Source: Anaeromyxobacteraceae bacterium (lineage in GTDB: Bacteria > Myxococcota > Myxococcia > Myxococcales > Anaeromyxobacteraceae). From it: a DNA stretch of 64,000 nucleotides. The notes below the pieces were generated by a model. It was given only the letters and a program-made list of their open reading frames with translations. It had not been told where the DNA came from and made no database searches. This document shows positions 13,555 through 22,144 of the stretch, piece after piece (within the stretch, counting starts at the first letter, position 1; every line of letters starts with the position of its first letter). The position numbers and the translations under genes are program-made. The stretch lies in assembly GCA_032654565.1 (NCBI GenBank), contig JAULAX010000011.1, positions 33,824-97,823 on the forward strand, in the 5' to 3' direction.

Positions 13555-14457
13555 TCAGCCAGGGGCGAGGCAGGGGGCGCGGTGGAGGACGCGCATGAGG
13601 TAGGTGCCGGCGGGGAAGAGGACGTCGGCGGAGCCGGTGCGCCAGCGGTCGAAGGCGCGGCGGTAATCCTGGATGAAGGAGCCGAGGGCGCGGAGGGCCT
13701 GGACGCGACGCCAGGTGTCGTGGCTGGCGACGCGCGGGTTGAGCCCTCCGAGGGGCGCCCTGGTAGGAGGCCTGTCGAAGGGGCGCTGTGCGAGCACCCG
13801 CTGGACGCCGAGGAAGCCACGCCCGCGCGAGGCGAGGTGGGCAGAGGCGGCTTGCTCCCGGTCGGCGAGGGCGGCATGGAGGGAGCGGCGGAAGTGGGCC
13901 GGAGAGTCGAAGCCCGGGGGGATGACGAGCCGCAGGGAGGCCCGGTCGGGCAGGGAGCGCTGGCCGGCCCGCCGGAAGAAGGAGGAGGGCCTGGTGAACT
14001 CGAGGGGCGCGGCGCCCATCTGGTCCGGGGCGGACCAGAGCCCCGGCCAGAGCCGTCCGCGGCGGACCAGGCCGGCCTTGACCGGGTTGGCGAGGGTGTA
14101 GGCGACCTTGTCGAGGACGTCGGCCGGGGACTGCAGGGCGACGGCGCTGAAGGTGGGCGGCCCCCAGAAGTACTCCTGGCGCCCCAGCATGGCGTTCATG
14201 GAGCGGCCGATGAGCGAGTCGAGGAACCTGCCGAAGGCGGGGAGGCAGGCGTCGGGGTCGGTGACCACGAGGTGGAGGTGGTTGGACATCACGCAGAAGG
14301 CGTGGACCTCGACGCGAAAGCGCTCGGCGGCGACGGCGAGGAGGAAGCCGACGAGCTGGTTGGTGGCCTTCGAGGGGCGCAGGAAGAACTGCCGGTTCAG
14401 GCACCGGCGGGTGATGAGGTAGGTGGTGCCCGGGAGCACCTGGCGTGGCGCGGTCAT
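13555..14457 (-). CDS. REP-associated tyrosine transposase (RAYT/TnpA-REP, HUH Y1 family) with C-terminal extension
   Basis: TYLITRRC N-terminus, CVMSNHLHL (HUH), YTLANPVKAGLV (catalytic Tyr plus NP..AGLV typical of RAYT), WPG. Confidence 0.88.
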   Translation of the reverse strand: MTAPRQVLPGTTYLITRRCLNRQFFLRPSKATNQLVGFLLAVAAERFRVEVHAFCVMSNHLHLVVTDPDACLPAFGRFLDSLIGRSMNAMLGRQEYFWGPPTFSAVALQSPADVLDKVAYTLANPVKAGLVRRGRLWPGLWSAPDQMGAAPLEFTRPSSFFRRAGQRSLPDRASLRLVIPPGFDSPAHFRRSLHAALADREQAASAHLASRGRGFLGVQRVLAQRPFDRPPTRAPLGGLNPRVASHDTWRRVQALRALGSFIQDYRRAFDRWRTGSADVLFPAGTYLMRVLHRAPCLAPG

Positions 14458-14473
14458 GGCCCGGGGCTACATC

Positions 14474-14489
14474 GCAGGACCCGTGCCAA
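14474..14489 (-). promoter_or_regulatory. Putative sigma54 (-24/-12) promoter of the RAYT gene
   Basis: - strand TTGGCACGGGTCCTGC has GG-N10-GC spacing and matches TGGCACG-N4-TTGC with 1 mismatch; 16 nt before the ATG. Confidence 0.6.
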
Positions 14490-14550
14490 CGCCTCCACTC
14501 GCGATTCCAGCCACTTGCCTCTCCGCCGCCCACCCCACCCCGGCCGTCCC

Positions 14551-14586
14551 GCGGACCTTGGTCCGCCAAACTACTCTGGGACGGGA
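14551..14586 (-). repeat. 18-bp motif copy 2 followed by a REP-like hairpin; contains the frzS stop codon
   Basis: - strand TCCCGTCCCAGAGTAGTT-TG-GCGGACC-AA-GGTCCGC; TAG at 14573-14571 ends frzS. Confidence 0.88.
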
Positions 14587-16463
14587 GGGGGGGGGATGGG
14601 ACGAGGGCGCTTGTCGCCCGCCTGCTCCGCGGGCAACCCCTCCTCCAGCAACTGCAGCGCGATCGACAGCGCTTTCCGGGCCTTGTCCCGCACCTTCTCG
14701 TCACCCTTGATCTTCAAGTAGGCCTTGACCACCCGCTCTTCGTTCTTGGTGTTCGCGGCCTCGAGCTCGGCGATCCGGCGCTTCAGCTCGGCGACCCGCT
14801 TCTCCACCTCGGTCCGGGCCCCTTCGACTTCGCCCCGGGCCACCACCAGCTCGGTCTCCAGGCGCTCCACGTCTCGTTCGACCTCGGCCAGCCGGAGGGC
14901 AGCGGCCTGGGCCGCGGCCAGCTCGGCCGATCGAGCCGCCAAGGCCACCGCCGAGAGCTCGGCTGCTCGCCGCTGCGCCGCGGCGTCTGACTCCGCGGCT
15001 CGACTCCGCGCCTCGGCGGCGACGGCCCTGGACTCGGCGGTCGCGGCCCTCGCCGCGGCGCCCTCGGCCCGAGCCTCGGCCTCCTGAGCCTGCTCGTTGG
15101 CGCGGCGGGCTTCCTCGCGCGCTGCCTTGGAGTCGGCCTCGGTCCGCCTCGACTGGGCCGCCAGGGTCTCTGCCCGGGCCTGAAGGGACGACACCTCGGC
15201 GTCCCTCTCGCTGATCGCCGCGTCGGCCTCCTCGGAGCGCCGGGCCGCCGCTTCCAGCTTCGACCGCAGCTCGCCGAGCTCGGTCTCACGAGCATGGAGC
15301 GCGGCGCGCCGCTCGACCAGCTCGGCCTCCAGGCGGGCCAGCTCTGCGGCACCAGCGCCCGACGAGACCGACGAGACCGACGCCGCCACGGCAGCCACGG
15401 CAGCCGCGCTGGCCACGGCCGTGACGGCCGCCAGGCCTGGAGCCTCTTCGTCTACCGTCTTCTCGGTGAAGGCCGCCATCGCCCCCGCCGCGTCGGCATG
15501 AGCCTCCGACGCCGGCCCATGCGTCCGCGCCGGCGGTGGCTCGTCGAGTTCATCGAGCGCCGCGAGGGCGTCGAAGGCCGAAGGCGTCGGTGAGGTGTCG
15601 TCCAGTGACCCGAGCATCAGGTCGGCGTCGTCTCCGAGCCTGCCGAGGTCGGCTCGCGCACCGGCCTCGTCGTCCTCGGGGAGCGAGGCCGAGGCGGCCT
15701 CGAGATCCTCGGAGGTGACCGGGCGGTCGACGCCCATGGCCTTCTCGATCGCCTGGTCCGCCGCCGTGGCGTCGACCTCGGCCGTCCTGTCGGGCAGCGT
15801 GGCGGCCGGCGCCGAGCGCTCCTCCGGTCGTGGCGCCGCCGGCGCCGAGAGACCGTCGAAGGCATCGTCGAGCAGCTTCAGGTCGTCATCGAGGTCGTCG
15901 CCGACGACCGCCGCCGCCGGTTCGTCCGGCAGGGAGTCGAGATCCAGCGCCGGCAGCTCCTGCCCGGAGTCGCCGGAGAACGGCTCGAGCCCCAGCTCCT
16001 CCTCCAGACTGACCACCTCCTCCTCGCCGGCGTCGACTCCGGGCGCGCCGGCCGCCGCAGCGGAGGCCTCCAGCGGCACGCCGCCCTCCGGCATGCCGAT
16101 CAGCGCCACCAGCTTCTCCAGCAGCGCCGCCGGGACGTACGGCTTGATGAGGTAGTCCTCGGCCCGAACCTTCAGCTTCTTGTGGTCGTCGAAGACCTCG
16201 GTGGTGGCCTCCGAGCTGGTGAGGATCAGGGGGATCGACTTGAGGGCCTCGTCCTTCTTGAGCTTGTTGCAGATCGAGTAGCCCGAGAGCTTCGGCAGCT
16301 CGACGCAGAGGACGATGGCGTCGGGGTTCAGGTCCCTCGCGAGGTCGAGCCCGTCCTTCCCATCGCCGGTGACCCGGACCTTGAAGCCCATCGCTTCGAG
16401 CGCGCTGGTGATCTCCTCCGCGAAGGGCGCGTCGTTCTCGATGTGGAGGATGGTCTTCGACAT
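14571..16463 (-). CDS. frzS: FrzS-like pseudo-receiver / acidic linker / coiled-coil polar motility protein
   Basis: MSKTILHIEND...VLCVELP (no phospho-Asp)...HKKLKVRAEDY; C-terminus KNEERVVKAYLKIKGDEKVRDKARKALSIALQLLEE matches recalled FrzS; next to an ECF sigma/anti-sigma pair. Confidence 0.82.
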   Translation of the reverse strand: MSKTILHIENDAPFAEEITSALEAMGFKVRVTGDGKDGLDLARDLNPDAIVLCVELPKLSGYSICNKLKKDEALKSIPLILTSSEATTEVFDDHKKLKVRAEDYLIKPYVPAALLEKLVALIGMPEGGVPLEASAAAAGAPGVDAGEEEVVSLEEELGLEPFSGDSGQELPALDLDSLPDEPAAAVVGDDLDDDLKLLDDAFDGLSAPAAPRPEERSAPAATLPDRTAEVDATAADQAIEKAMGVDRPVTSEDLEAASASLPEDDEAGARADLGRLGDDADLMLGSLDDTSPTPSAFDALAALDELDEPPPARTHGPASEAHADAAGAMAAFTEKTVDEEAPGLAAVTAVASAAAVAAVAASVSSVSSGAGAAELARLEAELVERRAALHARETELGELRSKLEAAARRSEEADAAISERDAEVSSLQARAETLAAQSRRTEADSKAAREEARRANEQAQEAEARAEGAAARAATAESRAVAAEARSRAAESDAAAQRRAAELSAVALAARSAELAAAQAAALRLAEVERDVERLETELVVARGEVEGARTEVEKRVAELKRRIAELEAANTKNEERVVKAYLKIKGDEKVRDKARKALSIALQLLEEGLPAEQAGDKRPRPIPPPPVPE

Positions 16464-16536
16464 GGGCGTCCCTGACAGGTCCAACGTGACCGGGGACGCG
16501 GCGGCAAGCGCGCAGCGCCCGGGAAAGATTGGAGAA

Positions 16537-16565
16537 AGTGTAAGGGGAGCGGGAGGGGGTGTCAA
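16537..16565 (-). promoter_or_regulatory. Sigma70-type promoter of frzS
   Basis: - strand TTGACA-17 nt-TACACT. Confidence 0.7.
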
Positions 16566-16591
16566 AACCCCGCACGCGCTTTGGCGCGGTC

Positions 16592-17413
16592 CTACGGCTC
16601 GGGGGCCGAGGCGCGGACCATCTGGATCAGGTCCTCCTCGCCGGAGTCGGAGACCAGCGAGTAGACCGTGTGGTCCTGGCGCCAGACCACGGTGTTGTAG
16701 CCACGGGAGTTGATGATCCGGGCGTGCCGGGCCCCGATCTCCACGTCGCGCCCCCCGGCGTTGAAGCGCCCGTCGGGGTCGTCGACGATGAAGAGGCCGG
16801 CCTGGCGCCCCCGCGGCAGCTCGTACTTGATGTAGGCCGCCGGGAGCTCGCGGAGGTTGGAGATGCGGGCCCCGACCACCCGGGCCTGCTGGGCCGAGAA
16901 GTGCGGGGCCTTCGGCTTGAAGTCGAGCTTGCCGGCGAACCAGCCCGGGATGGCCTCCGGCGACACCGACGCGGTGGTCACCTCGAGGGGCAGGTCGCGG
17001 TGGTGCTTGCGCACCGCCTCCTCGACCAGCTGCCCGCCGGGCCCCTGGACCGCCACCACCACCAGGACGGCCGCCGCCGTGGCCGCGGCCGCGGCCAGGG
17101 GGATGGGGGCGAGGAGCCGTCGCCACAGCGGCCGGCGCTCCCGCTCCAGGGCGGCGGTGATGCGGCGGCGCAGCGCCTCGGGCGCGCGGCCGGATCGCGA
17201 GGTCGGTCCCATGGCCTCTCGCAGGGCAGCCCGCAGGGCGGCGTGGGCCCGGCCCTGGGTCGCCGCGAGGGACTTGCAGCGTGAGCAGCCGTCGAGGTGG
17301 ACCTCGGCCTCGGCCCGCTCGCGCGGCCCGAACTCCTCGTCGAGGAAGGCGTCGACCGAGCGCTCGAACTCGGAGCAGTCCATGGTGCGGAGCGTCGTCG
17401 AGTCGGTGGTCAT
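16592..17413 (-). CDS. Zinc-binding membrane anti-sigma factor (ZAS, zf-HC2)
   Basis: HLDGCSRC (HxxxCxxC), one TM helix, periplasmic domain; ATGA overlap with the sigma gene. Confidence 0.88.
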   Translation of the reverse strand: MTTDSTTLRTMDCSEFERSVDAFLDEEFGPRERAEAEVHLDGCSRCKSLAATQGRAHAALRAALREAMGPTSRSGRAPEALRRRITAALERERRPLWRRLLAPIPLAAAAATAAAVLVVVAVQGPGGQLVEEAVRKHHRDLPLEVTTASVSPEAIPGWFAGKLDFKPKAPHFSAQQARVVGARISNLRELPAAYIKYELPRGRQAGLFIVDDPDGRFNAGGRDVEIGARHARIINSRGYNTVVWRQDHTVYSLVSDSGEEDLIQMVRASAPEP

Positions 17414-18057
17414 GGCGCGGACCCGGTGCGATCGCGGCGGCGGCGGTGCTCGGCGAGATCCTCGACGGCGCCGTCCTCGGAGAGGAACCCCGACTCGACG
17501 GCATAGCCGGCCAGCGCCTTCTGCAGCAGCCGGCGGCCGCGGAAGAGACGGCTCATCACGGTGCCGACCGGCACGTCCAGCACGTCGGCGATCTCGCGGT
17601 AGGAGAACTCCTGCAGGTCGGCCAGGATCACCACCATGCGGAAGTCCAGCGGGAGCGCGTCGACCGCCTTGAGGACGTCCTCGGAGAGGACCCGGTCGAA
17701 GTACCACCGCTCGGGATCGGCGGCGGCGTCCGAGGCGTCGCGAGAGACCAGCTGGCCCTGGACGGCCTCCTGCTCCGGACCGTCGACCAGCGTCCGCTCC
17801 TTGCTGCTGCGCCGGTACCGGTTGATGAAGGTGTTGGTGAGGATCTTGAACAGCCAGGCCTTGATGTTGGTCCCCCGCTCGAACCGGTCGAAGAAGCGGT
17901 AGGCGCGCAGCAGGGAGTCCTGGACCAGGTCCTCGGCGTCGCGCTCGTTGCGGGTGAGCCGGACGGCGCCGCCGTACAGCGCGTCGAGGTGGCGGAGCGC
18001 CAGGGCCTCGAACTCGTCGCGGGTCAGGTCGTTCTGGCGGTCGTCGAAGAGCCCCAT
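17410..18057 (-). CDS. ECF sigma-70 family factor (RpoE1-like)
   Basis: DAEDLVQD, KAWLFKILTNTFIN (region 2), FSYREIADVLDVPVGTVMSRLFRGR (region 4.2). Confidence 0.95.
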   Translation of the reverse strand: MGLFDDRQNDLTRDEFEALALRHLDALYGGAVRLTRNERDAEDLVQDSLLRAYRFFDRFERGTNIKAWLFKILTNTFINRYRRSSKERTLVDGPEQEAVQGQLVSRDASDAAADPERWYFDRVLSEDVLKAVDALPLDFRMVVILADLQEFSYREIADVLDVPVGTVMSRLFRGRRLLQKALAGYAVESGFLSEDGAVEDLAEHRRRRDRTGSAP

Positions 18058-18239
18058 GCGATCTCATCAACCCCTGGCTGTCGCAGGTGATTCCCGCCTG
18101 CCTACATCCTCGTCGGTCCCGTGGCGCCCCGGGAGCAGCGCCATGGCCCAAGGTGCAGCCGCTCACTGGAAAGCCCAGGGAATATAGACGGTTCGATCGG
18201 CTGGTGCACGGCCTCGGAGGGCCAATACCGATCGACCGT

Positions 18240-18283
18240 CGAGTCCCGTCCCAGAGTAGTTCGACTCCCGTCCCAGAGTAGTT
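18240..18283 (+). repeat. Tandem 22-bp units carrying motif copies 3 and 4
   Basis: CGAGTCCCGTCCCAGAGTAGTT CGACTCCCGTCCCAGAGTAGTT, followed by hairpin ACCCCTCC-CC-GGAGGGGT (18291-18308). Confidence 0.92.
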
Positions 18284-18379
18284 GGTGAATACCCCTCCCC
18301 GGAGGGGTGAAGACGCGGGCCAGGCCCCCCCCGGCGCCCGCGCCGGGGGACCCCGGCCCCCGTGCTATGTCTCCCCCGA

Positions 18380-19711
18380 ATGCTGAAGCTCCTCTTCGCC
18401 GACGATAAGGGGGTGGTCTATGACCACCCGGAGTTGTTGGCAGCCGTCCGTTCGGGGGAGGAGCTGCTCCCCCCGCCCGAGCGCCCGATCGCCCTCCCGG
18501 TCGGCGCCACCCTGGCCATGCTCCCCGGCCGCCGCCCCGTCGGCCTCGACCCCGCCACCGGGCGCCTCACCACCCTCCATGAAGTCCGGGTCGGACGCCG
18601 CCGCATCGTCCCCCACGCCGTCGGCGCCACGCTCCCCCCTGGCTTCACCCGCACCTACCTCCCGGCCGTGGCCAGGCCGGCGCTCGCCATCGCCGCCGAC
18701 GCCCCCATCCTGCCGCAGTGGGCCTACACCGCCGCCGCCGCCACACCCGACGGCTTCGTGGCCTGGGCGCTGCGCACCGATCGCCGCACCCACTGGAGCC
18801 CGGCCCGCCACTCAACCCCCGACCTCGCCGCCCGGGTGGCCGCCCGCCTCGTCGCCACGCCCAACCCCATCTACCGCCAGCTCTCCCGCTGCGCCCTCGA
18901 GTGGCGCTGCTTCACCGCCCAGAACACCTTCTACGGCCGCGACGAGGGGGCCATCCCCTCCTCGGCCCGCTGCAACGCCGCCTGCATCGGCTGCCTCTCC
19001 GAGCAGGACGACGGCATGCCCCCCTCCTCCCACGAGCGCATCGACACCCCGCCCACCGCCGAGGAGATGGCCGAGGTGGCCATCCACCACCTCACCACCG
19101 CCACCGGCAAGGTGATGGTGAGCTTCGGCCAGGGCTGCGAAGGCGAGCCGCTGCTGCGCTGGAAGGAGATCGCCCGCGCCATCCGGCTCACCCGGGCCGC
19201 CACCCCCCGCGGCTCGCTCCACGCCAACACCAACGGCTCGCTCCCCGACGCCCTCGGCGCCCTCTGCGAGGCCGGCCTCGACTCGGTCCGCATCTCGCTC
19301 AACAGCGCCGCCCCGGACCTCTACGCCGCCTACTACCGGCCCACCCGCTACGGCCTGCCCGACGTGGTCCGCTCCATCGAGACCGCCCGCCGCCACGGCG
19401 CCTACGTCGCCCTCAACCTGCTCACCTTCCCCGGCGTCACCGACCGTGAAGGCGAGGTCGCGGCGCTGGCGGCCCTGGTGAGGCGCACCGAGGTGGACCA
19501 GGTGCAGACCCGCCCGCTGGCCATCGACCCCGACGTCTACCTCGCCGTGGCCCGCGGCCGGGGGGCCGGCGGTCCGGCTATCGGCATCCGCCAGCTGGTC
19601 AGGTCGCTGCAGGCGGCGCGGCCGGGCCTCACCATCGGCAACTTCTCACGCGCCAGGCCGGAGCGGGCACGGCTCGCCACCGCGGCGCGCACCCGAAAGA
19701 CGAGGCGATAG
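18380..19711 (+). CDS. Radical SAM protein of unknown function
   Basis: CNAACIGC (CxxxCxxC), SFGQGCEGEPLL, NTNGS, VRISLNS. Confidence 0.88.
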   Translation: MLKLLFADDKGVVYDHPELLAAVRSGEELLPPPERPIALPVGATLAMLPGRRPVGLDPATGRLTTLHEVRVGRRRIVPHAVGATLPPGFTRTYLPAVARPALAIAADAPILPQWAYTAAAATPDGFVAWALRTDRRTHWSPARHSTPDLAARVAARLVATPNPIYRQLSRCALEWRCFTAQNTFYGRDEGAIPSSARCNAACIGCLSEQDDGMPPSSHERIDTPPTAEEMAEVAIHHLTTATGKVMVSFGQGCEGEPLLRWKEIARAIRLTRAATPRGSLHANTNGSLPDALGALCEAGLDSVRISLNSAAPDLYAAYYRPTRYGLPDVVRSIETARRHGAYVALNLLTFPGVTDREGEVAALAALVRRTEVDQVQTRPLAIDPDVYLAVARGRGAGGPAIGIRQLVRSLQAARPGLTIGNFSRARPERARLATAARTRKTRR

Positions 19712-20911
19712 ATGGCCGGAGAGCCGAGGCTGGAGCTGCAGAAGGACCTGGCGCGTCACCTGCGCGCCGGCCACCCGTGGGTCTTCCGCAAGGCCATCGT
19801 CAAGCAGAACAAGGGGATCCCGGCCGGCACCATCGTCGACGTGGTCGAGGGCAACCGCTTCGTGGCCCGCGGCTACTACGACCCGCTCTCGCCCATCACC
19901 GTGCGGGTGCTGACCCGCGAGGAGGGGGAGACCGTCGACGAGGCCTTCTGGCGCCGCCGCGTCGCCCGCGCCCTGGCGCTGCGCAAGGAGCTGATCCGCG
20001 GCACCGACGCCTACCGGGTGCTCCACGGCGAGTCGGACGGCCTCCCCGGCGTGGTGGCCGACCGCTACGACCGCTTCGTGGTCATCAAGCTCTACTCGGC
20101 CGGCCTCACCCCGTGGCGCGCCGCCATCGTCGAGGCCCTGCGCGCCGAGTGCGGCGACCTGCTCGGCGTCTACGGCCGCGACGAGATCCCCCGCGACGAC
20201 GACGACGAGGGCAGCGCGTCGGAGGGGCGGGTGCTCTGGGGCGCCGAGCCGCCCGAGCAGCTCACCATCGACGAGTACGGCATGAAGATCCTCGTCGACG
20301 TCCGCCGCGGCCAGAAGACCGGCCTCTTCCTCGACCAGCGCGAGAACCGGCGGCTGGTGCGCGAGCTGGCCCGCGGCCGGCCGGAGGCGCTCAACCTCTT
20401 CAGCTACACCGGCGGCTTCTCGGTGGCGGCGGCGCTGGGCGGCGCCACCCACGTGGTCTCCAATGACCTCGACGCCGACGCCCTGCAGCTGGCCCGCGCC
20501 ACCTTCAAGGCCAACGGCCTCGATCCGGCCGACCACGCCTTCGCCCAGGGAGACGCCTTCGACCTGCTGGCCAGCTACAAGCGGCAGGGACGCCGCTTCG
20601 ACCTCGTGGTCTGCGACCCGCCCGCCTTCGCCAAGTCGCAGAAGGCGGTCGAGGGGGCGCTGGCCGGCTACGCCTCGCTCAACCGCGCCGCCCTCTCGGT
20701 GCTCTCGCCGGGCGGCCTGCTGGTCACCTGCTCCTGCAGCGCCCGGGTCTCGCCCGAGCAGTTCGGCGAGGCGGTCAAGGAGGCGGCCTTCAAGCTCCGC
20801 GTCGAGCTGGCGCTGGTGGCCGAGACCCGCCAGCCCTACGACCACCCGGTCAGCCTGCAGTTCAAGGAGGGGCGGTACCTGAAGGCGATGGTGCTGCGCC
20901 GGCTGTCCTAG
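19712..20911 (+). CDS. RlmI/RlmK-like class I SAM-dependent rRNA methyltransferase
   Basis: GHPWVF (PUA domain), GESDGLPG, GQKTGLFLDQRENR, LNLFSYTGGFS, DPPAF. Confidence 0.9.
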   Translation: MAGEPRLELQKDLARHLRAGHPWVFRKAIVKQNKGIPAGTIVDVVEGNRFVARGYYDPLSPITVRVLTREEGETVDEAFWRRRVARALALRKELIRGTDAYRVLHGESDGLPGVVADRYDRFVVIKLYSAGLTPWRAAIVEALRAECGDLLGVYGRDEIPRDDDDEGSASEGRVLWGAEPPEQLTIDEYGMKILVDVRRGQKTGLFLDQRENRRLVRELARGRPEALNLFSYTGGFSVAAALGGATHVVSNDLDADALQLARATFKANGLDPADHAFAQGDAFDLLASYKRQGRRFDLVVCDPPAFAKSQKAVEGALAGYASLNRAALSVLSPGGLLVTCSCSARVSPEQFGEAVKEAAFKLRVELALVAETRQPYDHPVSLQFKEGRYLKAMVLRRLS

Positions 20912-20947
20912 CCGGCGCCGGGCGCGCCGCCGAGGCGGCGAGGCTTC

Positions 20948-21997
20948 CTATCGCCACCAGCCGGAGCGGACCCGCTCCTCGGCCGGCGTTCGGATCGAGT
21001 CGGGCAGGTTGGGGAGCTTCAGGAGCCGCTCGGTGGTCTCGTGGGCGCAGTGCGCGTCCCCGCCGGCGGCGCAGGCCTGCGCCAGGAGCTCCAGCGTGGC
21101 GGCCCGCTCCCCGCGCACCGCCAGCGAGGCGCGGGCCAGGTCGGCGGCCTCGGCGGCGCTCCCGCCCCGGGCGAGGAGGTGCCGGGCCAGCCAGGCCTGG
21201 GTGTCGGCGCGCAGGGTGGCGAGCCTTTCTGGGAAGCCGGCCAGGGCGCTGCGGAGGAGCCGCTCGGCCGTGGCCGGGTCGCCCAGCCGTGCCGTGGTCT
21301 GGGCGGAGAGGGCGATGCACCAGGAGAAGGCCGGGGCGTTGCGGAGCGCGTTGCGCTGCTCGTGCGCCGCCTCGGCCCAGCGCTCCAGGTACATGGCGAC
21401 CTGTCCGCGGGCGCACCGGTCGAGGGACTCCTGCGGCTCCTGGGGATCCGGCGGCATGGCGAGCAGCATGGTCCAGACCTGGTCGGCGGCGGCCGTGGCG
21501 CCGATCGCCTTGACCGAGGCCTCCCAGGCGCGCCGCGCCTCCAGCTCGTCCCCCCGGTTGACCTGGACCGCCACCAGGATCGGCCAGGCGCTACCGTCGC
21601 TCGGCTCCAGCGCCAGGCCGCGCTGCAGGTCCCGGGCGGCGTCGTCGAAGCGGCGGGCCACCCCGAGGATCCGGCCTCGAAGCCGGAGGGCCGCCGGCGT
21701 CGCGACGAGGGTGATCGACCGGTCGAGCAGCGCCAGGCCGTCGGTGGTCCGGGCCTGGGCGAAGCGCACCTTGGCGAGCCCGAGGGGGGGGCGTGGGTCC
21801 TTCGGCGCCAGGCGGGCCGCCTCCTCGTACCTGGCGGCGGCGAGGTCGAACCGGGCGACGGCGAGGGCGGCGTCGGCCTCGGCCAGCGCGGTGGCGCCAT
21901 CGGGCGCGGTGACGCCATGGTCCGGCGCGCGGGTGGGCGTGGCGCAGGCCAGGAGGGTGGAGGCGACGGCGGCCAGGGCGGTCTGGCGAAGGCGCAT
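20948..21997 (-). CDS. TPR-repeat lipoprotein
   Basis: Lipobox LLAC; multiple TPR-like repeats. Confidence 0.75.
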   Translation of the reverse strand: MRLRQTALAAVASTLLACATPTRAPDHGVTAPDGATALAEADAALAVARFDLAAARYEEAARLAPKDPRPPLGLAKVRFAQARTTDGLALLDRSITLVATPAALRLRGRILGVARRFDDAARDLQRGLALEPSDGSAWPILVAVQVNRGDELEARRAWEASVKAIGATAAADQVWTMLLAMPPDPQEPQESLDRCARGQVAMYLERWAEAAHEQRNALRNAPAFSWCIALSAQTTARLGDPATAERLLRSALAGFPERLATLRADTQAWLARHLLARGGSAAEAADLARASLAVRGERAATLELLAQACAAGGDAHCAHETTERLLKLPNLPDSIRTPAEERVRSGWWR

Positions 21998-22144
21998 GAC
22001 GTGGTCTCTCTGTCCGGCGCAGGGTCGACGCCTTCAGGCGACGGGCGGTGCTGCGGGGACGGCGTGAAGGCGATGCTGGCGGGCCATGATACCGGGATGC
22101 CGGCTCGGAGCCAGCGGGAGGATGGGCCGCGGCCGGCCGGCGTC

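Larger units (their letters stand above)
13294..14586 (-). mobile_element. RAYT/REPtron-like unit: Y1 HUH transposase bracketed by inverted 18-bp motifs
   Basis: TCCCGTCCGAGAGTAGTT (+, 13294-13311) and TCCCGTCCCAGAGTAGTT (-, 14586-14569) enclose the transposase gene. Confidence 0.7.

Noticed and set aside
14571..17504. 977-aa ORF as one protein
   Set aside because: The N-terminal third is an off-frame overlap of the anti-sigma gene; the receiver domain starts at ATG 16463 behind its own promoter
18180..18210. Autoregulatory ECF promoter (- strand TGCACC...CGTCTA)
   Set aside because: Spacing is shorter than typical ECF promoters and the -35 match is weak; not supportable by eye
18240..18283. 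Possible mini-CRISPR array
   Set aside because: Only two adjacent units, no unique spacers and no cas genes; better explained as copies of the RAYT-flanking motif
13300..18300. G-rich to C-rich switch as the replication terminus
   Set aside because: The skew seems to fade within about 1-2 kb on each side and no dif-like site was recognised; cannot be fully excluded without whole-genome skew
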